From Balanoglossus misakiensis (taxonomy: Eukaryota; Animalia; Hemichordata): a DNA stretch of 64,000 nucleotides. Location of the stretch: positions 1,408,831 through 1,472,830 of the forward strand of contig CM082578.2 in NCBI GenBank assembly GCA_040954595.2, given 5' to 3'. A program made the translations under genes and the position numbers. The notes beneath the pieces are model-generated. The model was not told where the DNA came from and searched no databases. It saw nothing but the letters and a program-made list of their open reading frames with translations. This document shows positions 14,501 through 26,145 of the stretch, piece after piece; position 1 is the first letter of the stretch, and each line of letters starts with the position of its first letter.

Positions 14501-17500
14501 TAATGGTTCTGTATTAATGCTAGTACATACCCATTCCAAAGTAACGGCTGTTCCTGTGAACTCTGCAGATAATTGTACAGCTCCCTTGCATTGGCTTACT
14601 TTGCAGACAGGGCTAATCTTAGCATTGGCCAATTCCATAATTTGATCCACAAAGCAAAGACAGAGATTGGTATCCAGGACACTTTCAATGTCATCACTGG
14701 TCTTCACCTTCTTTATGCCCACTGTATCATCATGGGTAGTTTCTGTCTGTTGCTCATCTTCTTCTGCTACAGGCTGCACATCATCCTCAGCTCCAAATTC
14801 ATTGTTATCATTGTTATCTGGTAGGTTCTCAAAATTCCTTACATCAGGCCTAGAAGGGTTGAAATTGTACATCATGTACAAATTGTAATTGTATTGTTCT
14901 TTGATTTAAAATTTTTACAGCTGTAAAAGTTCTTATGGACAATAGTAATAACAATAAAACACATCAATATTAGCCTTTTTACACCCCATGAATTTAGAGA
15001 GCATATCCACAATAATCTCACCTGATAGAGAAACTAAAACTTGGTTCATAGTCTTCATCTTGGTCACTATCATCATGCTCATCTTGACTTGTCACATCTA
15101 TAGTTAATCTGCTCGGTGTAAACAGAAAAAAATTCATAAATGTCATTGTATTTAGATAACACAATTATTTTTCTGTCTCAGCAAAAAGGCAAATTTGATG
15201 AAAACCATTCGCCAATGGAGATACATGTTGGCAGACCACATGGCCAACTTTCCGTGGGATTCAAAATTATGTGTTTTAAACAGTCATGAAAAATTATTTA
15301 GGGTCAAACAATATATACTTACTCGAATGGTTTCTCAAATTGTTCTGAGATATTCTTCATTTGGGTTTTCTCCCTTTCTTGTTTCCTGGGAAAAAAGAGT
15401 ACAGAAATGTGTCATCCTTTACTACAAAGTGATGTTATTAGTAATGTATTGGAAAGAAATACTAGATATATAATTCTTGATATTAGAAAAACTTTGACAC
15501 AAGAATGTACAGAAGTAGTTAGTTCGAGTTCATGTCGTATACTTTCCAGTTACAAGTTTCATCACCCAGTCATACCTCCCTTGTTATAAAATTTTCATGC
15601 AGCAGAAATTTTATCTGTAAACTGTACAAAATATATTACAAAGATATATTAGGGGCAAAAAGTTGTTGTAACCATGGAAGTAGATGCTAATTTGTATGTT
15701 ACACATATGGTAAAACTTATTATTTCCCAAATACAAAGAGAATGACACATGTATTAAAATAGAGTGTAATACTTCTGACTTTCTATAGTACCTGTTGTGT
15801 TCTATTGGTGGATCACTGTCAAGCTCTTCAACCCCTGACATTAACGATATTGTTGTACTTCCACTTCTGAAAAACATATATACAAAACCAACATTTGTAA
15901 ATCATGAACATTGAATCCCATATCCAAGATTTCACTTCTACTTTGTTTATAACATAACTGTATACCACTAACCAGGTTCAGCCTTTACTGTAGTCAGCAA
16001 TTTTCATTAATAAAATCGTTATTTAACATGAAACTAAACAGAGATTCATAGCTTGAAAAAAAACATGAAAGACTGCAAACTGCACCAGCTATAATTTAAA
16101 AGAGATACTAGTAATAAAGTCATAATTATATGCAGTAAAATAAAACGACAACATGAAAAAATAATACATACCTATGGTCAGACTCTTTTGATATTTCTGA
16201 CACATCCGATCCAGATAACAAGCCCAACATTTCACCGAGATGGCCTGGGTGTGGGGTTGAAGTCAGAGGAGCTTTCCGTTTTGCCGCACAGTACCTAGTG
16301 TGTCAAAAGAAACTGTTCAATTTGACTTCATTTTCAAGATTGTTGATCTGGGCAAATAAGCCTGCAATATTACCAGTGCCAAGCGTCATGAACATACTTT
16401 ACTAGCTGAAAAATTCAAAAGAAGACGATAACAGTGCAGTGTTGGCAGCTACATCGACCGAGTATGTTTCTCGTCCTTATAGTTATCACTGACAACAACA
16501 GAATTTTGAAAATATTAAAATTACGGCACATATTTTTTTGAAAACACCGGCGCATAAAAATACTTGCAACTTCGAGGCTGAGTTTCAGGTGCTTGACGAA
16601 TAAATGTGCGGTTGTGTTTCATTTGCACGTACTATTGTATGAAGCTGATCTAGACCTAACCATCTTTCACAGCTCGTGCTGCTAGGGCAGAAACTCTTTG
16701 TTTTAAAATTAAAATGATCGATTATTTCATAAGAGGATCCACACTTCTGAACAAATGTTCGCTTTTGAAATTTTGAGAAATACAGAACATCGACATAGAA
16801 ATAACACATGAGGGTTAGACCACGCTGAGCTCAGGCTCTGGTCACAGTCATTCTTACCGGTCGATCAGCAAACGTGCCACTTCGACATTTGATGTCAGAC
16901 CATTTTCGGATTTGATATCGTTCCATCGAATTATTTCCTCCCATATATTTATCTTGCCAACATTTCGCCGCTTTAGGGCGGGTTTCTTCGCTGAGTCGCT
17001 AGATTTGGGGCGACCGAACCCCTTCCGCTTAGACGTAGACTCCATGGACGCCATTGCTGTCTGCTGAAACTTGTGTACATTTGAGTGCACATGCGCAGTA
17101 GCGTTATTACGTTGCATTCCGTGTGTCAACAGGAGCCTGACTCACGTGACTTTCTGTCCGGACAGAAAGTCATTCTTCACTAGTTATATTGTAAATTGTA
17201 TGAGTTTATGAGCAGAGCTGGGGATGATGACTGTTCGATTCAGTATCAATTATCATCTACTTTTAGAAATTATAGATGCCGTTTCAAACAAAATTTTGCC
17301 CCTACGAGAAGTACTGGGGCTTTAAGGAATCCAATCAATCGATTGTTCACGCATTTCCAGACTGTCGACCAGTTTTAAAACATAAATTCATTGGTATTGC
17401 ATAAACGTTTACCGTCTATTTGTTGTTGTATGACATGGGTTATTGAAGGAAGGCAGTTACAGGACACACTCGTAGAAGTACACTGTTTGAGTATTGACAG

Positions 17501-20087
17501 CGAGTCTGTGTTAAATTTGGCAGTTCAGCGTGACTTCAACACTAAATAGACAACTAGCAGAAAAGTCTGCAAACTTCTAAATTTCTGGGAATGTTTTATT
17601 TGGTATGGTTATGAAATAATTTTCGTTTAGGAAGAATCAAATCTCAGTGACGCACGATACCTTCTGATGAATGCGAAGACCTGTCAGCTGACACGCAAAT
17701 GCAGTCAAAACATAAAATTGAAAACGAAACCGCGAGATGCCTCGTGTGTCTGTCCTGTCACCTCGTCTGAGAAAACAATAAAATTCCCGAGAAATAATAA
17801 CACGAAATCCAAAGTATCGTGATAACATTTCTTCATTTCTCCGATTTTATTTTGCTGCCGTGTAAACATTGCGTCCGTTTGACACCGACACAAACGTAGC
17901 ATAACTCAGAGGACAATTCTTCGATTAAAATCAATGATTTAAACACTAACCTTCCTGTTCCACGATATCTGCGGTTTCTATGGCGCTCAAATCTCATGAT
18001 ATGTGCAATTCTAAAGCCAACTGGGGTATTATTCCTGTCGTTTTAGCCACGAAAACTGGGCAGACGACACGACGCGAAACAGCTCGTTCACACTCAGTTG
18101 ACATCGCGTGATTCCAGAGCACGCGCAAACATACGAAAAATTGCTACAATGTTGTACGTAAATAAACTCGTTCTCCAACTCGTGTTGGGTTTCGAGCGAA
18201 GTTTTGTACCTCAGATCTGTCGTACACACGCCACCAGACTCACCGGGTAACAAGGTTTTAAATAGTGTTTAACAATACCCGAGGTCTTTTTGTGAATATT
18301 AGGTAGAAAATCTCCAACCGAAAGCGTTGAAACGTCGTCTGCAATTTTAGATACATAGGCCACTTTGAAAAATGTTGTCTTTATGAATCTGAAGTATCAC
18401 GAATGATTGTACATGAAATCCACCCGTGCTTATTAAATTGATAGATTGTTTATATAATTCTTTAAACCCCTTAACTGGTAATAATAATAATAATAATAAT
18501 AATTAATTAAATAAAGAATTATATAAAAATAATAATTTTAATAATAATAGGTCCGATTTCCACAAAAATTTCACCATAGGGGTATCTTGGCTCAATAAGA
18601 ACAAAAATGATATCCGTTTAGTGATCACATGTTTCTATGGCAACCATTTTGGGGCTGAAATTATGCTTTTTGTGCTAAGAGAGGGTATCACAAGTCAATT
18701 TACATAATAATTGGTTGGATTTGAACACAAAATCACACTGGCAGTATTTTTGTTCACAAAGAAAACATTTGGGGTTTATTTTCCGAATGCACAATAATAA
18801 GTTGGTGAAATTTGACTTTTCTTTCAAGACAGAGGAACTGCGCATGTGCAGAAAAACTGGCAATGCAGCCTGCCGATTTCCACAGTGTAACTACAAAAAA
18901 ATACAAGATACAATAGTAAAGTTAAGGAATCCAATCAATCGATTGTTCATGCATTTCCAGACTGTCGACCAGTTTTAAAACATAAATTCTTTGGTATTGC
19001 ATAAACGTTTACCGTCTATTTGTTGTTGTATGACATGGGTTATTGAAGGAAGGCAGTTACAGGACACACTCGTAGAAGTACACTGTTTGAGTATTGACAG
19101 CGAGTCTGTGTTAAATTTGGCAGTTCAGCGTGACTTCAACACTAAATAGACTACTAGCAGAAAAGTCTGCAAACTTCTAAATTTCTGGAAATGTTTTATT
19201 TGGTATGGTTATGAAATAATTTTCGTCTATGAAGAATCAAATCTCAGCGACGCACGATAGCTTCTGATGAATGCGAAGACCTGTCAGCTGACACGCAAAT
19301 ACAGCCAAAACATAAAATTCAACATTGAAAACGGAACCGCGAGATGCCTCGTGTGTCTGTCCTGTCACCTCGTCTGAGAAAACAATAACATTCCCGAGAA
19401 ATAATAACACGAAATCCAAAATATCGTGATAATATTTCTTCATTTCTCTGATTCTATTTGGCTGCCTTGTATTGTAAACATTGCGTCCGTTTGACACCGA
19501 CACAAACGTAGCATAACTCAGAGGTCAATACTTTGATTAAAAACAATAATTTTAACACTAACCTTCCTGTTCCACGATATCTGCGGTTTCTATGGCGCTC
19601 AAATCTCATGATATGTGCAATTCTAAAGCCAAGTGGGGTATTATTCCTGTCGTTTTAGCCACGAAAACTGGGCAGACGACACGACGCGAAACAGCTCGTT
19701 CACACTCAGTTGACATCGCGTGATTCCAGAGCGCGCGCAAACATACGAAAAATTGCTACAATGTTGTACGTAAATAAACTCGGTCTCCAACTCGTGTTGG
19801 GTTTCGAGCGAAGTTTTGTACCTCAGATCTGTCGTACACACGCCACCAGACTCACCGGGTAACAATGTTTTAAATAGTGTTTAACAATACCCGAGGTCTT
19901 TTTGTGAATATTAGGTAGAAAATCTCCAACCGAAAGCGTTGAAACGTCGTCTGCAATTTTAGATACATAGGCCACTTTGAAAAATGTTGTCTTTATGAAT
20001 CTGAAGTATCACGAATGATTGTACAGGAAATCCACCCGTGCTTATTAAATTGATAGATTGTTTATATAATTCTTTAAACCCCTTAAC

Positions 20088-20148
<61 letters not shown>

Positions 20149-21221
20149 TAAATAAAGAATTATATAAAAATAAAAATTTTAATATCAATAGGTACGATTT
20201 CCACAAAAATTTCACCATATGGTATTGTGGCTAAAAAAGAACAAAAATACACTGTAATGCATAACAAATGGGTTGATACCCGCAACAATAAGAGAATTCT
20301 TTCTTTTCCACAACCTAAGATAAAATTTAGAGCCACGTAAAGTACGCTGCTTACAATCAAATGTTAAAATATTGTTATGTGAAGGTGTTAGAAATACTAA
20401 TCCTTCTATCAATACCTAACAATATCCTAAAACATATGCTATGCTATGTTTCTATTCTGTCACAATCAACATTACCTGAGGTGCGTCAAAGGTAGACCTT
20501 GTACTTTTAGGGATTATGTACTCATCACAAAAGCTCAGCTTATTTAATATCCACTGGCGCTTCTCTAATTGGCCTGCACTACTTCCGCTTTTTGGGCCAC
20601 GGCGATGCCTGGCGTACATTGTACGCAAATTCTTTATTTTCTTGTACACACTTGGTACTTAAATGAGAAACATTGTACAAATATATAAGTGTTACAACAC
20701 AAGTTTGGATAAATTTGTTTAAATTAGCCATCAAGTCATTGGCCATAGTAGCAGTAGTTTAACTATGACACAATTCCTTTCCAAATTTTACCAGAAGAAA
20801 ACTGATACAATAATTTTATTAAATGAATCATCTTTGATGAACTGTGGCTGATTTTTACTTTTCAAATGGGATGTAAACCTGTCAAGGTATAAGAAACTTA
20901 AATAATATTAATGAAATAAGCTGATGATTTGAATTATTTGTACATTAAGATATACTGGAAATATTAGATACAGCCACTATGATTATATAATATTTATTCA
21001 TTGTTACCTACTATAATTATACTATTTGTTCATTGTTATCTCTAGGAAATAAACCTTTAAACTTATTCACCTGACTTGTCAAGACTGACAGATATCTCTG
21101 TTATTAGTTTTTCCCTAATAACTCTGTCCTTATAGTCTGCATGAGACACATCCCATAAGGGCCGACATTCCCTATACTTCTCGATAAGCTGATCAACCTG
21201 ATCATCTGACCAAGTATCCAT
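2254..21221 (-). CDS. MADF/Myb-SANT DNA-binding partner protein of the Harbinger element, 3 coding exons
   Basis: Exons 21221-21071 (MDTWSDDQVDQLIEKYRECRPLWDVSHADYKD), 20657-20476 (KKIKNLRTMY..KSGS..WILNKLSF) and 2700-2254 (DEAFGNYVAGEL..AKLKISEII, BESS-like tail). Splice phases match (1, then 0). An acceptor AG lies directly before the ATG. Confidence 0.78.
7679..7876 (+). other. Inverted duplicate of transposase exon 1 in the left arm
   Basis: MASMESTSKRKGFGRPKS..ARLLIDR followed by GTAAG. It differs from the 17055-16858 copy by one residue (KKR vs KKP). Confidence 0.85.
8654..8759. mobile_element. Truncated AGGGACAAAGTCTCTC-family MITE
   Basis: TTAA|AGGGACAAAGTCTCTCTC start shared with other copies; right half missing. 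Confidence 0.75.
8760..8919 (+). pseudogene. Remnant of P2X7-C-terminus-like (His-Me finger type) accessory ORF of KolobokP-type elements
   Basis: RHAANRQFVLWQHGVLGARDRRVIPSC matches the recalled family motif R..AYRQF..W..G.LG...R.VIPSC. It is convergent to the transposase, cut at the 5' side by a MITE and truncated after IPSC. Confidence 0.75.
9905..10279. repeat. Degenerate fold-back element
   Basis: TAGACTGTAAGGTA / TACCTTACAGTCTA and GTAGGCAGTGTGTAGGTTTAG / CTAAACCTACACACTGCCTAC form nested inverted pairs. Confidence 0.65.
10371..17055 (-). CDS. Kolobok DDE transposase, about 13 exons, no lesion detected
   Basis: Approximate exons 17055-16858, 16294-16171, 15867-15791, 15385-15322, 15111-15022, 14849-14531, 13983-13701, 13497-13261, 12776-12700, 11966-11862, 11517-11300, 11055-10891, 10621-10371. 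Motifs WCSQP, AGDLL..AVLLSGNNF, GDGRMDSPGFCAQYCSY, VVTD, HDIWHAAK, NHFW, LHHVTNEH, CDHGPL, STAELETF, LAALDHN. Confidence 0.85.
12120..12416. mobile_element. AGGGACAAAG-family Kolobok-type MITE in a transposase intron
   Basis: TTAA on both flanks; ends GAGAGACTTTGTCCCT; internally palindromic. Confidence 0.85.
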
Positions 21222-22959
21222 CTTGTAAAAAGCTATTAAACAAAAAACAACACGCTTAAAATGAAATTCAACTACATAACTACCACTATCAGCTTTCAAA
21301 CTGCTATATATTATTGCATTATATCTATGGATTCGACATCATGGCACAGAACTAGTAATTTTCTGAAAACCTGTCATTTATAGTTGTGGAAAGAACATAA
21401 CAATTGCCCTACTGGCTACGGGAAACAGTCCGTTGTAATATGTGAGCAAAACTATGGAGACAATTACCACCACCATCACTGTTTACGGTACATAGACTAG
21501 CCCACTAGACACTTGACCTGCACAGACTGCAGACCCAAACTGACAATGTTCATTCCAGTCATGCACTATACTACTATAATTTCTAGCGAAGAACACATTT
21601 CTAGCTTGCGTTATCCAGAAATAATAAGCTTCCACAAAAAAAAATCTTCCTACTCACAGCTGGCTGGCCAGGTCAAGAGATCAGCCAACTTGTCAATCCT
21701 CGTAACCATTTTGCGGAACTTATATATTTTTGTCATAACAACACTGAAAAGACCACTCATTTTAGTTTTATTTGATCAAACTTGAGCTCATAATAAAATA
21801 CTCAAAAAATAGTAGATAATATATGCGATATAAAAAAAATACTTACCAATATTCGCGACTATTTCTCTGGACGACAATTTGTTTCCTGGTTCAGAAAATG
21901 CCTCTGCGCATGTGCAGATGTCAAAGGTTATTGGGGAAAACTGGTAACGCGGGGCAACCGCTTGCGCGTCAGGCAACTCGTCGCCCGAAAATCCGACATG
22001 ACGGATTTCGAGGCGACGTCGCCAGACGCGTTCCATTGAGGCGACTACATCATACACAGTCGCATCGATGACCCATATTAGGAGTTGCTTATTAGCATAA
22101 AAATTAACATATCATTAATATGTAGAACGCGATCTGACCAATGACGCGTCCGGAAAGCCGCGCCGCTCACCCATTTCCCCGCCCTTTGTTAAGAAAATCA
22201 CGACCTTTTCTTTTCAAATGTAAATTTTGGGGTCAAATACGCTGTTTGGGGATATCCCGTCAATTGAAAATAAGAAAGTACGAGTCAAACTTGCTACCTG
22301 GTCAATAAGAAAATTTCATACACCAAGTCACGTCATGTTCCCTACCTTTATTCAAAGAGTAACCCTCATGTTTGATTGTCGAAAACGTAGACACATTCTT
22401 ATTCCATCACGAAAACAATTATTACCAGCGATCGTCAGACTGACAGTATGAAGATCAAAAGTCATAGGTCAAAGGGTACGATTGAGTCCCGTTTTTTTCC
22501 GTGACGAGTTTCAGTGTGATGCAAAATATTCAATTCAGTCGCATAACTAAAATTAATAGATAAATGTAATAACTGTGTACTGGTACTTGTCTTTTGAATG
22601 ATGTATGGCCCTGAAGAAAGGTCGTGTGTTTTGGTTGCTGTGATACCAGTCAGGTGACCACCGTCACTTCATTTCATGCATCGGTCTGTCTAATACCAGG
22701 TCGCCATCTTTCAGGCGAAATCCTCAAAAAATAGCGTAGACGCCAAAATCAAAATTAAATATTTCACAAAAGCACTGGTGAAAAATGACTGGGGAACTCT
22801 GGTAGACTGCCTGACCACTGTGACATTGGCCTTGTTCTGTTGTTTTAATTCGGAGTGACTGGGGTACTCCGGTAGATTTTACCTAGGTACCGCCCTTAAC
22901 AAAAACACTACAACAGAATCACAATTTGGAAAGCATGAGAGGCAAATACCATTTAAGGA

Positions 22960-23243
22960 TGTACACGCACAACATAAACTGATAAACAGTGCATGTGTGT
23001 CTGTTCCTGAAAGGATTACATCGATAATTGCCAGAAAACAAACTTCTACTATTGTCTTTTTCACGAAATATTACACATAGCTCAGACAAGTAAACGTAAA
23101 TTCATTGGTCAAAAAAAATTATGTGGTCACCATGCTCTATTATGAGATAAATTGCGTTAAAATCTTCGCCCATAGACAAACCATTGGTGAAAAATGCTGA
23201 GACAGCAAATTTCTTCTATTATCAACTAAATTCATGGCTCTGT
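22960..23243. repeat. Old dispersed repeat; inverted copies at ~23630-23870 and ~28530-28790
   Basis: CCATAGACAAACCATTGGT and CTTCTACTATTGTC here; reverse complements ACCAATGGTTTGTCTATGG and GACAATAGTAGAAG at 28.6-28.7 kb, and GACAATAGTAGAA at 23.8 kb. Confidence 0.65.
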
Positions 23244-24990
23244 ATTTTTTTTTGAAGGGCAATTACCCCTACAATTTTTAACGGATTCTCATTATACATA
23301 CACAGGATAATCCAAAATTCCACAATTAAAAGAATGACAATACTTTCAACGCGTATAATACCAGCATACACCTGTTTCAAGTCCAGTGTCCTAATACACC
23401 ATCATCATGAATTGGAACTCAAAGCAAGGCCAACGGGCAAACCCAGATTGACAACTCAATACACCAGCACAGTGGTTTCTTTATGGAAGTGGTGGTACCA
23501 ATAAATACTTTATTCAAGGTAAGAATTTCTTATTGTAGCAGTATTTTCATTTCCATTCATGTTTTAAAGGCCTTTTTTGTAGATTCTGAGTTTCTATGCC
23601 AGACAAAGTATGATTATTTTTCCACTAATGCAGCCTGAATTAAAGTCAACATTTTTCACCATAGGTCTTTCTATGTTATTTTTCTATAGGCATGGACACA
23701 TTTAAGTTTATCTCAAAACTGAGCACAGTGGTGAGCCTACAACTTATATCAATCACTAAATTTAATTTAATTTGGATGAGTTATGAGTGAAACTTCATAA
23801 AAATGACAATAGTAGAAAAGGGTTTTCTATCAATTCTTAATGTCATCCTATGGGAAGAAACACATTCCATGAGCTCATACATGTAGTGTATGCCATTCTT
23901 GACCCTTTCAATATTATATGAATCAGATATAGAAGCTTGTTCAACGTCCCGTTGCGGCCAGGCCAATCAGATTGCACTTTATGTCAATCAAAACTGAAGG
24001 ATACCTAAAGTTCTATATAAGGCACCGTCTGATTGGTTTACTAGAGTTTTCAACGGGAGCTTTTATGGGAGTTGGTCAGATGTAGTGTGAGGCGACAGTA
24101 TAAGAATACCGTACTGCGAAGTAAAAGACGTCGCCGTACCCTACATCTGATTTTAATCAGATTGTATGCACACATACGCTGGTTTAGAATACTGATAAAC
24201 CCTGATGAAACAATCTCAGTAAAATATATACAGATGAGAATGAGAATGCAGTTAAAGTTAAATATACATTCGTTGTATCTTTTGGCTTTATTTCCAGTAT
24301 TTTTGTTCTATGTAGCAAATGCGATTTCATGTTCTACTCCATACAGATTGTTACTTGTCAGCACAGAATGTATGTGTATAATGGCTATTGTCATTGTTGA
24401 CAATAATTCATAGATTCTAGTCTGGACTTAAATTCCAATTTGGCACAATAACAATGCTGACCATACACATATATGTTTCATCATGTTTCGGGAATTTGCA
24501 CAAGAAACTGCTAAACAAAGATACTGAAAACACAGGAAAAAGTTAAAGGTAATGGAGCTTTAATTACAATTCACACTGTATACAAAATCCATGTAAATAA
24601 TCCAAATACTGGATTTGTCAGCTTCAACTGATATGGGGGTCACACAAGGACCGTTAAGAAATTGCTAAAACGTCTCAGATCAAATACTGGCATAAATTAT
24701 TATTGGTGAATGGTTTAAGTGGTCCTGAATCTTCTCAGATTTGAGACACGTCTCTTACCAGGTTCACACAGAGTAAAATTTGAGACACTATTAGTCTATG
24801 GTAAACACAGAGCGTTAATACTTGGGGGGGGGTTAGCTGGGCAGACCCGCCCTCCTTTATTTTTTGCCACCCTGCTATCTTACGCGCGCCCTGCTTTCTT
24901 TTCATTCCCGCCCGGGTAAATATTTATTGTTTCTGGTGCACGCTCCCGCATGCGGCTGACGTTTGAGAGAATGATATTTATTCAGTTTAG

Positions 24991-26058
24991 GGATGTTTTG
25001 TCGCCTTTGTACAGAACACAAGCAGAAGGCCAAGTGCGGAGGGACTTGGGTTACAACATCTCCATGTACATGTACCACCCTTCTCGAAGACAAACACAAG
25101 CAGCATGAAGATACGATGATCCACTGGACGGCAATGCAGCTTGACGCCGAGGCAACAATTACCGAGAACAGCAGCGGTCTTGTGGCTGCATTTGAAAAGG
25201 TCATCACCGTTGAGACGCAAGCCTTTATGCATCGGCGTCCTACGATGCATGTATTTCCTCATGCACAGAGAATTGCCGCACACCACCAACTTCATCCATG
25301 TTTTGGAATTGGCAAAGTCCCTCGGGTGTTCATTCCTTGGTACTCTCAGCAGTGATGACCACAACTATAATGGTTTATTGCATTGGTAAGTAGGTCTACT
25401 GATTTTGTGCAGATCTAAATTGTAGGCAATGCAATGTAGTAACATTTATTTAAACCTGGTTGTTTTCAAGAAAGGATCACTGTTTAAGCAATAGTGTTAC
25501 ACTCAATAAATAATAATTACTGTACAAATTACTGTGAATTTTCATTTATTTCATTTTTCAGGCAAAGTCATCCGTGATGAGATTTTAGAGAAGATGAAGG
25601 GAAGTAACTTCTATTCACTGTTAATAGATGAAACAACTGATGTGGCTGTATTGAAGCAAATAATCATCTATTCCAAGTACATCTTGAAGTCTGGGAAGTC
25701 ATTTGTGTCTTTCCTTGGAGTTAAAGAAGTAAGTGGAAAGTTTTTCAATTTTTAAGTCTACACTGAATTAAAAACATACGATTAAACATGTTTTTGAGTG
25801 ACCTCATTTAATTGATTTTGCTGACTAGTTATTTCAGGTGAGACAAACATTAAGTTGTACATTGCATGTGTTAACATCAAGGTTTTATTTTCACTTTTTC
25901 AGGTTGGTGATGGCAGAGCAGACACCATTGCACAGTCAGTGAAAGAGTTTTCTTCAGAGAATGGTATTGTCTTAAGAGATCGTCTGTCTGCTTTGGGCAG
26001 TGATGGTGCTCCTGTTATGCTAGGACAGAAAGGAGGAGTGGCTACCAAACTAAAAGAA
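24991..26058 (+). pseudogene. hAT transposase fragment (ZNF862-like), frameshifted and 3'-truncated
   Basis: MFCRLC..H..H zinc finger; MYFLMHRELPHTTNF in a shifted frame; exon 25562-25728 FYSLLIDETTD; exon 25903-26058 LGSDGAPVMLGQKGGVATKLKE. The expected CxxH exon and dimerisation domain were not found. Confidence 0.85.
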
Positions 26059-26145
26059 GTGAGTGAAATTTTGAGTTGTGAAGACATTGTGATTTTGTAA
26101 GTTTTTAGTTGGTGTCTTTATATCGTGACAATAATAATAGTAATA

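Larger units (their letters stand above)
7538..17321 (-). mobile_element. Kolobok-superfamily DNA transposon (KolobokP-like gene content), 9784 bp, with long terminal inverted arms
   Basis: TTAA|AGCCCCAGTACTT ... AAGTACTGGGGCT|TTAA. The empty site tatcgTTAAggaatcc is seen in the sister array copy at ~5931-5947. RR..YY ends with a TTAA TSD are the Kolobok signature. 7553-8161 is the reverse complement of 16590-17200. Confidence 0.9.
3880..20230. repeat. Head-to-tail tandem array of a ~1.6-kb unit (about 4 full copies plus a partial fifth); copy 3 split by the Kolobok insertion
   Basis: Homologous ORFs recur at 4135, 5729, 7327, 18715 and at 4653, 6251, 17637, 19237. Units are separated by (TAA)n runs at ~3880, 5493, 7093, 18478, 20091. 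Confidence 0.95.
1..22611. mobile_element. PIF/Harbinger element carrying nested insertions; left end not seen, right end uncertain
   Basis: The transposase plus MADF pair is the canonical Harbinger gene set. GCGAC/GTCGC-rich sequence at 21970-22070 and ..TGTATGGCCC|TGA at 22611 are candidate right-end features. No partner TIR is visible to confirm them. Confidence 0.5.

Noticed and set aside
7538-17321. Classification as piggyBac because of the TTAA TSD
   Set aside because: Termini are AG..CT rather than CC..GG and the transposase motifs are Kolobok-type.
23306-23518. Possible host exon (CAG..GTAAG bounded)
   Set aside because: All three frames contain stops; no recognisable domain.
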